Of a stretch of DNA of 64,000 bases, positions 24,310-37,281 are shown in pieces. Source of the DNA: Octopus sinensis (lineage: Eukaryota); contig NC_043020.1 of assembly GCF_006345805.1 (NCBI RefSeq), positions 13,082,001-13,146,000 on the forward strand. The letters run 5' to 3'. The notes beneath the pieces were generated by a model that was not told where the DNA came from, searched no databases, and worked only from the letters and a program-made list of their open reading frames with translations. A program made the position numbers and the translations under genes. Positions within the stretch are counted from its first letter, which is position 1. Every line of letters begins with the position of its first letter.

Positions 24310-24522
24310 ATGGCTGCCAATGTGTCATTTCGCTGGTTGGAAATTTTGGAAAATGATTTCGACAAGGCTTTTGTTGATCTCGACCTGTTGCTAGGGGAAA
24401 TAGACCCCGAGCAATATGAACTTACATGTGATGGGAGACAGAAAATGACTGCTTTGAGTGCGGCATTCGCTCAGCTCTGGCACAAGGCACAGACTATCTT
24501 CCAGTATAATGTGAAATTAGAA
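24310..24522 (+). CDS. GOPC: First coding exon of Golgi-associated PDZ and coiled-coil protein (GOPC/PIST/CAL orthologue)
   Basis: [71 protein letters not shown] matches the GOPC N-terminus as I recall it ([29 protein letters not shown]...[20 protein letters not shown]...KLE); phase-0 donor GTAAGT at 24523. Confidence 0.9.
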
Positions 24523-26026
24523 GTAAGTTGATGTATAAATATCAGACAATTCATCTGTTTTTTCTCTCTCTTCTCTGTATAAATTCACTTTAAACACACA
24601 ACATTATTCAATAATGTCTATAATATACATACACTGGCTGTGCAGATGCAGATGCTACGATATATCCGATTACAAATACGGTAAATTGGATTTGTTTAGT
24701 TAACGTCTACAAATATATAAATATACCCCCAATCAAAATTAATACTTGTGGTTTCGTACGAATGGTATGTTTTAAATTAATAAACGTCTATTTTTTCGCT
24801 TATTTTAATCTAGCTGTATATATAATCAAACACCATATCTATGTAGCGAGGCCGGCTTGTGGCTAGTTTTACACAAACGAAGTCCTTACGATCCAACTGT
24901 AAACAAACAGTTTTAACTGTTGCTCTCTCATGTAGTAGCAGTTAGTATATCCTGCACAAATTTTCCCCTTCTCCCTTCAAATCTATTTTTAGTCTGTTTG
25001 TGTATTTATTTATCCCTCCGTTTCTTTTCTCTTTCTTCATCTTCTTCTTAAACGTTGTATCAGTAGTTTTTTGTGAATATTGTTAATAATAATAATAATA
25101 ATGCTGCAGTCCGTCTAATGAATATCTGCTGAATATTTTGCAACTGAGCCGATAAACATATTCTTGTGATGTAGTAGGGCATAATAATAATAATGATAAT
25201 AATAATAATGATGATAATAATAATAATGTCCATGACTAGCTAGAATAGCAACAATGATAACGGGAATAATTTCTAAGGCCACAGTCGGAGTCAGAAACCT
25301 CTGGTCATATCGACCCACTGTGTGATTTAGCTGGATAAGAACTCCGAAAGGGTATTTACCCATTACTCATTTATTTATAACTACTTGTTTATTCTGTTAA
25401 ACTTGAGTATTTTGTGTTTGTTTTCAACTGCACTAAGCCCTGAATAGAACAGAGGGAATAAGAGGTGCGTCGTATTCATGTTTATCCCATGAAGCAAACA
25501 TGAAACCAAGACTAGAAACGGCCAATAATAACTCACCCTACTGGGATCTAAACTCTCCTCCCAGTTTCTTTCTCTCCACTCGTGAGAGAGAGAGACACAC
25601 ACAGTGAGATTTAAGTTATTTACTGAATTCACCTGACATGGTGTTTTTTTTTCTCACTGAAAACAGTTCTGGGAGTTTGTGAACATGTAAATTGTGTACA
25701 GATGTCTTTTAATATACAAATGTGTGCATATATACATACACGTACACGCACATGTAATTTGTGTGCTAATTCCAGAAAAGTCAAATGGAGAATCCCTGGA
25801 ATGTTTTACAAATTACTCTTACCACAAACTGATTGGGTTTGGAGGATGCAAATCAGTTTTGCTTTTTCTTTATTGGTAAATTCCACTATTTTAGGCTTCT
25901 ATGTAAATCTCTTGTTACTTAGACCGCCTCCCTCCAAGAAAACTTATAACCTGAGTTCAAGAGGTGTAGATTTTGCATTGGATCACCATAGCTGTTCTCT
26001 TTTTCCACAACTTGTAGACAAGACGT

Positions 26027-26530
26027 AGGAGTGGCTGTGTGGTAAGTAGCTTGCTTACGAACCATATGGTTCCGGGTTCAGTCCCACTGCATGTCACCTT
26101 GGGCAAGTGTCCTATACTATAGCCTCGGGCCAACCAAAGACGGAAACTGAAAGAAGCCCATCATATATATATATGTATGTATATATATATAGATGTGTTT
26201 GTGCCCCCAACATCGCTTGACAACTGATGTTGCTGTGTTTACATCCCTGTAATCTAGCGGTTCGACCAAAGACGGAAACTGAAAGAAGCCCATCATATAT
26301 ATATATGTATGTATATATATGTAGATGTGTTTGTGCCCCCAACATCGCTTGACAACTGATGTTGCTGTGTTTACATCCCTGTAATCTAGCGGTTCGGCAA
26401 AAGAGACCGATAGAATAAGTACTAGGCTTACAAAGAATAAGTCCTGGGGTCGATTTTCTCGACTAAAGGCAGTGCTCCAGCATGGCCACAGTCGAATGAC
26501 TGAAACAAGTAAAAGAGTAAAGAGTAAGAC
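26027..26530 (+). mobile_element. SINE A with internal ~130-bp tandem duplication
   Basis: AAAGACGGAAACTGAAAG...GCGGTTCG repeated from ~26137 and ~26267. Confidence 0.85.
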
Positions 26531-26588
26531 ACTCACCTCCCCTGGGCAGCTGACTTCTATAACTATTTATAACTTTTGGCTCCTGTCT

Positions 26589-26921
26589 CCTGTTCATCAA
26601 ATTAACATGCAAGTAGCTGAGCACTCCACAGACATGTATATCCTTAACGTAGTTCTCAGAGTGATTCAGTGTGTCACAGAATGTGACAAGGCTGGCCCTT
26701 TGAATTACAGACACAACTCATTTTTATCAGCTGAGTGGACTGGAGCAATGTGAAATAAAGTGTCTTGCTCAAGGACACAATGTGTTGCCAGGAATCGAAC
26801 TCCTGATTGTGTAATGATGAGACAAATACCATAACCACTAAGGTACATGCCTTCATTAGGGGTGAGAAGGATTAAAAGGACTGTGTGAAACCCTTGATAC
26901 CAGTTGAGAAAACTCCATATA
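26589..26921 (-). repeat. Left arm of a local inverted duplication (H2-T1 SINE plus unique flank)
   Basis: Reverse complement of 28932-29265, including non-SINE flank; ORF track shows near-identical 60-aa translations. Confidence 0.85.
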
Positions 26922-27179
26922 TGTGGTCTTAAATCAAACATCACAAAGAGGTGGTGTTCACACCAGTTCCCCCTTTTTTTCTTATTGGAATGTTTCACCA
27001 ATATTTTTTATTTTTAAAAGTGTAGATACATTCTACTTCTTTGCATCTTTGATATGTCCAGTAGAACAATCCTTCCTGTGGATGATAATAACCTCATAAA
27101 TAATTCATTGGGTGAATGCAAAATAGTGAGACTCTAAACCATAACATCAGGGTCAAATATTAATATACTGGTCACTCAA

Positions 27180-27520
27180 AGACGCATGGCTCAGTGGTTA
27201 GAGCGTCAAGCTTACGATCGTGAGGTTGTGAGCTCGAATCCCGGACCGGGCTGCGTGTTGTGTTCTTGAGCAAGGCACTTTATTTCACGTTGCTCCAGTT
27301 CACTCAGCTGTAGAAATGAGTTGCGACGTCACTGGTGCCAAGCTGTATCGACCTTTGTCTTTCCCTTGGATAACACTGGTGGCGTGGAGAGGGGAGGCCG
27401 GTATGCATGGGCGACTGCTGGTCTTCCATAAAACAACCTTGCCCGGACTTGTGTCTAGGAGGGTAACTTTCTAGGTGCAATCCCATGGTCTGTGTTGTGA
27501 CCGAAGGGGGTCTCCGGTCA
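27180..27520 (+). mobile_element. H2 SINE with tail T5
   Basis: Head GCATGGCTCAGTGGTTAG; tail ...GGTGCAATCCCATGG...GACCGAAGGGGG; homologue at 36330-36650. Confidence 0.8.
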
Positions 27521-27920
27521 CTCAAAGATGAATACAAAAGCATTCAGCATTTTCATGTTTGAATCTGCCAGAATGGATTAAGGTACCTTATTACTTAGGA
27601 AATAGTTTTGGTAACAATGTTGTGTCTTGTGGAAATGTAGAACCTTTAGACATTTTTCGACGGCTGGTGATGAGATGAGTGACACCTTCCACATTGGTAA
27701 GGCACAATTGACCTTTTCTATCATTTTACGGAGGTTTGGGAGTACCCTTATCTTACTTATTGATCAGGTATTTAGTAGCTGCCTCCTGTTCCTGGATAGA
27801 GAAAGTGTAGCCGTCTAGGTGGTTTGGGATATATCCATCATAGATTGCAAAGAGGATGCTCTTCTGTTAATGTTGTTGGTCTCCTCCAACCTGTGGACGA
27901 TAAGTATTTCTTATTCCAGT

Positions 27921-28337
27921 CGAACCAATTCTACTATATGGCTCAGAAACCTGGACGTTATCAAAGAAGCTTGAGAGGCGGTTGGATGGATTTTACACTT
28001 GCCTTCTTATGAGAGCTCAAAATCTCTTGTGGAAGCGTCATCTAACCAAAATACAAATATATGGAAAACTACCACCTGTATCATCTCTTGTGAAAGGTAG
28101 GAGAGTCCATTTTGATGGACATTGTTGTAGAGCTGAAAACGAGGCAATTTCTACTCTTCTCCTCTGGAAGCCATCTGCTCATGATACCAGAGAGTGCACA
28201 CTCTCCTACCCTGATGTTATCTCCAGGGATACAGGTATCCAGCCACAGGACCTCTGTAATGCTATGATGGACCGTGAAGTCTGGCGTAGCATGGTAAATT
28301 CCATTGTCTCAACCACGGTCGAACAATGATGATGATG
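27921..28337 (+). mobile_element. 5'-truncated RTE LINE; ORF stop runs directly into a (GAT)n tail
   Basis: EPILLYGSETWTLSKKLERRLDGFYT...RRVHFDGHC...MDREVWRSMV; candidate TSD ATTCCAGT (27913-27920, 28338-28345). Confidence 0.85.
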
Positions 28338-28619
28338 ATTCCAGTTTCTGTTCTGCTATTCTTGGGTTATGTGAAACAACTCCTACACTTACAGTAACCT
28401 ATTCAGGAATTCTTCATCTATTCACAAGATGTTTACTATTTACACTGTTCCGTACACATGTGATGTCCTCATCTCTCCCTTTGCTTTCCAGTTGATATTG
28501 CCCGAGTGTTACATTGTGAGATTGAAAAGCTGTTAGGATGGACCTTATGCCTTTGTCTCCAACCTTCCATCTTACACATATATATCCTCTGTGTGTTGTT
28601 TGATTTAATACCACCTCCA

Positions 28620-28933
28620 TGCAAGTGGCACGTAAAAAGCACCATCCGATCGTGGCCGTTGCCAGCCTCGCCTGGCCTCCGTGCCAGTGGTACGTAGAAA
28701 GCACCATCCGATCGTGGCCGTTGCCAGCCTCATCTGGCACCTGTGCAGGTGGCATGTAAAAAGCACCCACTACACTCACGGAGTGGTTGGCATTAGGAAG
28801 GGCATCCAGCCGTAGAAACTCTGCCAGATCAGACTGGGCCAGGCGCAGCCTTCTGGCTTCCCAGACCCCAGTTGAACCGTCCAACCCATGCTAGCATGGA
28901 AAGCAGACGTTAAACGATGATGATGATGATGAT
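28620..28933 (+). mobile_element. RTE 3'-UTR-type element (family D), (GAT)n tail
   Basis: ~60-bp subrepeats, then GGCATTAGGAAGGGCATCCAG...GTTAAACGATGATGATG. Confidence 0.85.
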
Positions 28934-29310
28934 ATGGGGTTTTTGTTAACTGGTATCAAGGATTTCACACAGTCCTTTTAATCCTTCTCACCCCTAATGA
29001 AGGCATGTACCTTAGTGGTTATGGTATTTGTCTCATCATTACACAATCAGGAGTTCAATTCCTGGCAACACATTGTGTCCTTGAGCAAGACACTTTATTT
29101 CACATTGCTCCAGTCCACTCAGCTGATAAAAATGAGTTATACCTGTAATTCAAAGGGCCAGCCTTGTCACATTCTGTGACACACTGAATCACTCTGAGAA
29201 CTACGTTAAGGATATACATGCCTGTGGAGTGCTCAGCTACTTGCATGTTAATTTGATGAACAGGCTGTTTCATTGAGGGGTTTGACTGGAACCCTTGTCA
29301 TCATAACCAA
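28932..29310 (+). mobile_element. H2-T1 SINE, right arm of the inverted duplication
   Basis: See 26589-26921. Confidence 0.85.
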
Positions 29311-30011
29311 CTGAGGCCAGTTTAGTTTTTTTCTCACCCTTGACATTCCGTTTCTCACATCATATTCTTATAATCTCACACCTTTTCCCTTCCACTCTCT
29401 TCCATTTTCAATCCTCATTCTTCTATTCATCCATTCAGTGATATTTACCTTAAACAAATAGGCCCAACATAGAGGACTGCAGCAGAAGTCTGTATCCTGG
29501 GCAGGTCAAGGCAAACACTCTCGTTGAGATCATCATCATCATTGTTTAACATCCGTTTTCCATGCTAGCATGGGTTGGACGGTTCAACCAGGGTTTGGGA
29601 AGCCAGGAGGCTGCACCTGGCTCCAGTTTGATCTGGCAGTGTTTCTGAACCCGTTACCCTCTGCATTAGGACCGGTATCCACCTATAGAAACCATACTTG
29701 GAAATGGAATTTTTGAGTGAGTCATGATCCTGTAATCCATTTAGGAGGGTAGTAACTCCAGATAAACCTTGTGACAGATTAGCATCCCCCTCATGAGCAG
29801 GGAATTTTGTAATCTCAATCACTCATACACCATGGATACCGAGTTAAGCTCTGGCCTTGTGAATCCTTAGGCTCATGACAGACTCTTAACCCCCCACTTA
29901 AATCCAAATGAAACTTGACTTGCACTGTGGTGATACATCCATCTCTTGCCAGTATTGGTAGCTGACATAAACTAACAATGATGTGTGTATTTATACTTGT
30001 ATGTACTACTT

Positions 30012-30525
30012 TTACTATTGATCGTAGCAGGTGGAGAAGGATTGTGCATGAGGGGACAGCCACATTTGAGAAATCTCGAGTTGTACATGAGAAAGTAAGG
30101 AGGGATGTCAGGAAGGGCATCGCTATTAGACTTCCAGAAGGGAAGGTTCTCCCTTTGATTCTGACATGCAATGTCTGTGCAAGACCCTGCCTCAGTAAAG
30201 CTGGACTCATGAGTCATCTTCGTAGTCATAAAACGAGACAGATGAGTGACAACCTGGCCACTGGTGGTGGTGTAACACACCATACTAATCATATCTGTCG
30301 GACATGTGGAAGAGAGTGTAATTCAGCAGGAGGACTTAAACGACATGCAAAGGTACATGAAGCCCAGTTACAACTACAGCCGGCTATTACCAGTGAAGGT
30401 TTTAGTTGCCAATTTTGTACAAGACATTGTAGATCTTTAGCTGGGCGAAAAAGTCACATTCGATCACAGCACCAGTAACAGTTAAGCTTCGTGCAATGGT
30501 CATACTCGATAACGAGGGGGCAGCC

Positions 30526-30555
<30 letters not shown>
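30012..30555 (+). mobile_element. 5'-truncated RTE-type LINE ending in three C2H2 zinc fingers, (TAA)n tail
   Basis: DRSRWRRIVHEG...CNVCARPCLSKAGLMSHLRSH...CRTCGRECNSAGGLKRHAKVH...CQFCTRHCRSLAGRKSHIRSQH*; 11-bp TSD ATGTACTACTT (30001-30011, 30556-30566). Confidence 0.85.
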
Positions 30556-30558
<3 letters not shown>

Positions 30559-31077
30559 TACTACTTGTACTTACAGTGGCATTCATTTGGGGTGGGTTGA
30601 ACTGGCTCTGACCAAAATGTTCACCATATCCCTCATAAATGCTGACCCCCCCCACTCCTATCTGGTGATCAGCCACAGTTCAGGCAGTAATGGATCAAAT
30701 TTGACAAATACCCCAATGGGAGAGCAAGCATGTTGACAGTGTGGATGCTATAGCTGGAGTTGCCATTCACTGTTGAAGTGTAGAGTTCATGTTTGGAATT
30801 TCAGTCAGAGTACAAGTTCACGTGTGGTATCCATTCACATACATACAGACTTTGGGTCAGTGTTATCCATAGCAGCTCATCTTGCAGTCAATTGTTGACC
30901 ATTGTAGAGGATTCGCTTACCAAGTCACCGCTGCTTATCGGTACTGACATAGCCTGGGTTTGAAGCAGGTTCTAGAGGCATGCTTTAACAAAAGCTAGTG
31001 GGTACCTTACTTCCAGTGTTCTTCCAGCATGCTGGACCCCAACCCGGAATTTCTGAAGGCCTGTGCTATATCCATGC

Positions 31078-31275
31078 ATCATCATCATTGTTTAACGTCC
31101 ATTTTCCATGCTGGCATGGGTTGGACGGTTCGACTGGGGTCTGGGAAGCCAGGAGGTTGCATCAGGCTCCAGTCTGATCTGGCAGTGTTTCTATAGCTGA
31201 ATGCCCTTCCTAACACCAACCACTCCTTGAGTGTAGTGGGTGCTTTTTACGTGCCACCAGCACAGGGGCCAGAGG
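31078..31275 (-). mobile_element. Family D (RTE 3' end)
   Basis: CATCATCATTGTTTAACGTCC...GGATGCCCTTCCTAAC-like. Confidence 0.8.
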
Positions 31276-31771
31276 AGGCTTGTGTGTATGTATGTATAAC
31301 TGATGTACACAGAAATGTGCAATCCCATTCCTGTGGGAGATGATAGCAATTTTAGCCCAAAGTGTTTGAGTTGTAGTTGCTAATGTATGATCGTCATCAT
31401 TTTGCATCTGCTTTTCTTGCTGGCATGAGTTGGCGCAGGCATGGCTGTGTGGTTAGGGAGCTTGCTTCCTAGCTACATGGTTTCGGGTTCAGTCCCACTG
31501 CGTGGCACTTTGGGCAGGTGCCTTCCACTATAGTACTGAGTCGACCGAAGCTTTCTGATTGAATTCGGTAGGTGGAAGTTACTGCCGTGTGTGTATGTGT
31601 GCGTATAGCTGCTCAGTGCCTCTCCGAAAGAGAGAGAGGGGTCTCTGTTTAACCCTTTCATTACCATATTTCCACTGAAATATACTCCCTTTGTTTCAAT
31701 TGATTCTTAAAATCCTTAAGAATTTAGGAAAATAATTTTGTCCTTATTAAGCTGGTGCTTGGACCTTAATC

Positions 31772-33665
31772 CTTTAGCATTTAGATTACTCTGTCAAATG
31801 TAATGCTTATTTATACACATAGTTGTGGCCATTGTCAGCAAATAAAAAGCACCTTTCGAGTGCTGGACCTCATGGAGGCAATGACCAAGACCTCTGGCAA
31901 TATGCTGTCCTTGAGAAGACCCATCAAGCTGAGTGAAATCATGGTTGTGGCAGATACTGGTAGTACATCACTGGCATCCATTACACCCAGGGAGCGGTTG
32001 GCATTAGGGAGGGCATCCAGCCATAGAAACCATGCCAGATAAGACTGGAGTCTGATGCAGCCCCTCAGCTTATCAGCCCTGGTCAAACTGTCCAGCCTAT
32101 GCCAGCATGGACAATGGACATTAACAATGGTTGTTATCTTATACCTACTTTTACTCTTTTATTTGTTTCAGTCATCTGACTGTGGCCATGCTGGAGCACT
32201 GCCTTTAGTCGAGCAAATTGACCTCAAGACTTATTCTATCGGTCTCTTTTGCCAAACCGCTAAGTGACGGGGACGTAAACACACCAACATCGGTTGTCAA
32301 GCAATGTTGGGGGGACAAACACAGACACACAAACATATATATATACACATATATACGACGGGATTCTTTCAGTTTCCGTCTACCATATCCACTCACATGG
32401 CTTTGGTCAGCCCGAGGCTATAGTAGAAGACACTTGCCCAAGGTGCCACGCAGTGGGACTGAACCCAGAACGATGTGGTTGGTAAGCAATCTACTTACCA
32501 CACGCCACTTCTGCGCCATCAAGATCTCTATAACATGAGTGTTTAGTTTTAGAATGACATTGTAGGGCAGGTGTAAGAGGCTGGATCTGGCCAGTTTGAA
32601 TATAAAAAAATGTCGATTATTTTGGCCAGATACGATCACTTTAAATGCCAAAGGGTTAAATTAGCCTGAAATTTTGATGGAAGATTTTAATTTGGATCAC
32701 TATAAAACAGGATGTTTGTGTCCTAGAACCAGGGCCAGTTTTAGGTGGGCTGGTAAGAAAAAGGCTGAAGTCGTTTCTTATTCAGAGCCACAGTCCTTCT
32801 AGACAAGTTAGAGGATCATGTTTTGCTCAAATATTATTTCTGTTTTATCTAGTTTTTCTATGGCTGACTGCACTTCCTGTCACATTTAGCATTCAAATTA
32901 CTCCATCAAATCATCATCATCGTTTAACGTCCGCTTTTCATGCTAGCATGGGTTGGATGGTTCGACTGGGGTCTGGGAAGCCAGGAGGCTGCATCAGGCT
33001 CCAGTCTGATCTGGCAGTGTTTCTACAGCTGGATGCCCTTCCTAACGCCAACCACTCCATGAGTGTAGTGGGTACTTTTTATGTGCCGGGCGAGGCTGGC
33101 AATGGCCACGATCGGTTGATGCTTTTTACATGCCACCGGCACGTAATGCTTATTTATTTACATTGCTTTGAGTTATTTAATCATGCGTTATCTCATAGCT
33201 TCCAGGTTTTGATGATGTGATTGTTTATTTTTAGAATGACATTGGAAGGTAGGTGTGAAAGGCCTGATCTGGCTGGTTTGAGCATAAAAGAGGTAGAATA
33301 TTTGGACCAGATTTGGACAGTTTAAATGCTAATGATGGAATGTAACAACCCTACCAGAACCCTACCCACATACGGAGACAGTCTTCTTAACTTAGGAAGG
33401 AAAGGCCAAACTGCTGTAGGAGAAATGGATATTAAATACTGCTTTGATTCTAGTATCCAGATTTTACTGTCAAATGTAATGCTTATTTATTCACATCGCT
33501 TTTAGTTAATCTTGCATTATTTTGTAGCTTCAAGACTTTGATGATGTGATTGTTTATTTTGAGACTGACATTGTAGGGTATGTGTGAGAGGCCAGATCCA
33601 TTTTGAGCATAAAAGATGTAGAATATTCTGGTTGGATATAGCTGGTTGAAGTGCTAAAGGGTTAA
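31772..33665. mobile_element. Several fragments of a second piggyBac-like MITE family (CCCTTTAGCATTT termini), interleaved with SINE A (-, 32140-32505) and D (-, 32915-33140)
   Basis: Ends TTTAAATGCCAAAGGGTTAA (~32660) and GCTAAAGGGTTAA (~33665); TTAACCC(C)TTTAGCATTTAAA at ~35795. Confidence 0.6.
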
Positions 33666-34289
33666 AGTGTTTATCAGGTGTGTTCCATCGTGGCACCAGC
33701 TCTAGAGAGGTTGTATGGTCCTCAGCAAGACTAAAGAGTTCTTTTGGACCCATATTGTTTTTCTTCACTTGTTGACCAACCATTTTATGGAATGTACGGC
33801 ATGATTTTTATCAGCCCCAAACACCAGTGAGGTTGCCTGATACTCTCTAGCATTAAGGAGTACTCACTACTCAATAGTGCATTTGTTTGTTTAAAGCAAT
33901 ATGACCGAGCGAGAGAGTGGTTGCAGGAGAACCAGGAGGGTGGGTAAAGGGAACAAGAGTGTGATGGTAGAAGCAGTAATTGAAGGGAGGGAGGGAGTAA
34001 ATGTGATGGATAGTAAAAGTGGTGGATGCCAACAACAAATGACCTAGAGGAGAGGGCGTAATGACTGATAGGAAAGAAAGACACTTAAGGTGGCGAGCTG
34101 GCAGAAATGTTAGCATACCTGGCAAAATGCTTAGCTGGATTTTGTCTGCCATTAGGGTAGGTGTAAGAGGCTGGATCTGGCCAGTTTGAATATAAAAATA
34201 TAAATGTGATGGATAGTAAAAGTGGTGGATGCCAACAACAAATGACCTAGAGGAGAGGGCGTAATGACTGATAGGAAAGAAAGACACTT

Positions 34290-34701
34290 AAGGCGGTGAG
34301 CTGGCAGAAACGTTAGCACACCGAGCGAAATGCTTAGCAGTACTTTGTCTGTCGTTATGTTCTGAGTTCAAATTCCTCCGAGGTCGACTTTGCCTTTCAT
34401 CCTTTCGGGGTCGATAAATTAAGTACCAGTTATGCACTGGGTCGATGTAATTGACTTAATCCATTTGTCTGTCCTTGTTTGTCCCCTCTGTGTTTAGCCC
34501 CTTGTGGGCAATAAAGAAATAAGAAACATTAGCACGCCAGGCGAAATGCTTAGCGGTATTTCGTCTGCCGTTACGTTCATCCTTCCAGGGTCGATAAATT
34601 AAGCCCCATTTATGCACTGGGGCCGATGTAATTGACTTAATCCATTTGTCTGTCCTTGTTTGTCCCCTCTATGTTTAGCCCCTTGCGGGCAATAAAGAAA
34701 T
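34290..34701 (+). mobile_element. SINE-C dimer with a single TSD
   Basis: 13-bp TSD AAGAAAGACACTT (34277-34289, 34702-34714); internal junction AAAGAAATAAG|AAACATTAGC. Confidence 0.9.
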
Positions 34702-34984
34702 AAGAAAGACACTTGGTGCAGTGTACAGGGTGCTGAGCAATCTCTCATACATAAGCATAGCAATCAGTGAAAGAGGTAGAATGATAGGGATAATAGTAGG
34801 GTAGATGGAAAAGGGTAATTCTAATATCATCCCTTGCTACATTGGGTGGAGGTGCATGGTAGAGGAGATCCATTGGTATTCTTAATTCCACTGCCAATAC
34901 AGTACAGTGATATCGAAGTGAATGGGTTGTGGGAGCCATATAAGACTTAGAGGTGCTGTCAGTAAAGTAAGAGTGAACAGGTAT

Positions 34985-35201
34985 ACTCTCTTTTATTTGT
35001 TTCAGTCATTTTGACTGCGGCCATGCTGGAGCACCGCCTTTAGTCGAGCAAATCGATCCCAGGACTTATTCTTTGTAAGCCCAATACTTATTCTATCGGT
35101 CTCTTTTGCCGAACCGCTAAGTGACGGGGACGTAAACACACCAGCATCGGTTGTCAAGCAATGCTAGGGGGACAAACACAGACACACAAACATATACACA
35201 C

Positions 35202-35280
<79 letters not shown>

Positions 35281-35445
35281 TACGACAGGCTTCTTTCAGT
35301 TTCCGTCTACCAAATCCACTCACAAGGCATTGGTCGGCCCGAGGCTATAGTAGAAGACACTTGCCCAAGATGCCACGCAGTGGGACTGAACCCTGAACCA
35401 TGTGGTTGGTAAGCAAACTACTTACCACACAGCCACTCCTGCACC
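34985..35445 (-). mobile_element. SINE A, young subfamily, internal (TA)n
   Basis: Diagnostic CAAGATGCCACGC and ATGCTAGGGGGAC shared with copies at 35910, 37082, 48837 and 53545. Confidence 0.9.
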
Positions 35446-35519
35446 TATAGCGACAAATTTAATATGTAGGTAGTTTATTAGGGCTCAGTTCTCAGCCCTA
35501 CCTTCTATTCATCGTTGTC

Positions 35520-35770
35520 TTTTTGGCCGTAACAGAGGAGTATAAGTTTGGTTGCCTCCGGGAATTGCTACATGGTGATGACCTCATTCTTATAGCTGAA
35601 TCTTTAAGAGTAGAAATTCCAGGTGTGGAAGTAACGTTCACAGTTTTAGCGAAAAGGAAAATAGACAGGACTCTACTTTCATTAAGGAAATCACCTTGTT
35701 TGATATGTAGAAAATGAGCAGGTCGAAATTTCATAAGGTGTACCCAGTGCCAAGTGTGGACACAAGGAGT
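35520..35770 (+). mobile_element. RTE RT fragment
   Basis: GCLRELLHGDDLILIAES; homologous to ~46210-46480. Confidence 0.7.
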
Positions 35771-35909
35771 ACAGTAGTACAACAGGAAGGTTAACCCTTT
35801 AGCATTTAAACCGGCCAAGTCTGACACAAAATATTCTACCTGTTCTTTGTTCAAACTGTCAAGGTCCAGCTTCTCACATCTACCCTATGTCATTCTAAAA
35901 ATAAACAAT

Positions 35910-36020
35910 AGGTGCAGGAGTGGCTGTGTGGTAAGTAGCTTGCTAACCAACCACATGGTTCTGGGTTCAGTCCCACTGCGTGACATCTTGGGCAAGTGTC
36001 TTCTGCTATAGCCTGTCGTA

Positions 36021-36051
<31 letters not shown>

Positions 36052-36260
36052 GTTTGTGTGTCTGTTTGTCCCCCTAGCATTGCTTGACAACCGATGCTGG
36101 TGTGTTTACGTCCCCCGTCACTTAGCGGTTCGGCAAAAGATACCGATAGAATAAGTACTGGGCTTACAAAGAATAAATCCTGGGGTCGATTTGCTCGACT
36201 AAAGGCAGTGCTCCAGCATGGCCGCAGTCAAATGACTGAAACAAGTAAAAGAGTAAAGAG
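35910..36260 (+). mobile_element. SINE A with internal deletion, abutting a MITE fragment (35795-35910)
   Basis: Deletion joined at AGCC microhomology. Confidence 0.85.
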
Positions 36261-36329
36261 AATTACATCTTTAAAATCTTGAAGCTACTCCATACTACAT
36301 GGTTAAACTTTAAAAATGCAAATAAATGC

Positions 36330-36930
36330 ATGACTCGGTGGTTAGAGCATTGAGCTTGCAATCATGATGTAGTGAGTTCGATTCCTGGACCGGGTTGTTT
36401 TGCGTCCTTAAGCAAGACACTTTATTTCACGTTGCTCCAGTTCACTCAGCTGTTGAAATGAGTTGTGATGTCACTGGTGCCAAGCTGTATCAGCCTTTCC
36501 CTTCGATAACATTGGTGGAATGGAGAGGGGAGGCTGGTATGATGGGCAACTGCTGGTCTTCCATTAACAAGCTTGCTCACACTTGTTCCTTGGAGGGCAA
36601 TCTTCTAGGTGCAATCCCATGGTCATTCATGACTAAAGAGGGATTTTACATTTTAATCATCAGCATCATCAACGTCCACTTTCCATGCTAGTATGGATTA
36701 GACGATTTGACTGAGGTCTGGCGAACCAGATGGCTGCACCAGATTCCAATATGATCTGGCAGAGTTTCTACAGCTGGATGCCCTTCCTAACGCCAACCAC
36801 TCTGTGAGTGTTGTGGGTGCTTTTACGTGCTACCGGCACGAAGGCCAGTCAGGTGGTACTGGTAATGGCCACACTCAAATGGTGCTTTTTATGTGCCACC
36901 TGCACAGGAGCCAGTCCAGTGTCACTAGCA
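36330..36930. mobile_element. H2-T5 SINE (+, 36330-36650) abutting family D (-, 36655-36930)
   Basis: Homology to 27180-27520 and to D copies. Confidence 0.75.
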
Positions 36931-37081
36931 ACAGAAAGAAGACTCGGTATATGGCAGATACACTGGAGCAATGATCACCAGGTATGAATGAAATAACCAG
37001 GAAAATCTCTTGCACTAATAAATCGCCTTTTTAACCTACATGACTTAATTAACAGTGGAAGTCTGAAAATATAGTTGCTCA

Positions 37082-37248
37082 TAGGCGCAGGAGTGGCTGT
37101 GTGGTAAGTAGCTTGCTAACCAACCACATGGTTCCGGGTTCAGTCCCACTGCGTGGCATCTTGGGCAAGTGTCTTCTGCTATAGCCCCGGGCCGACCAAT
37201 GCCTTGTGAGTGGATTTGGTAGACGGAAACTGAAAGAAGCCTGTCGTA

Positions 37249-37281
<33 letters not shown>

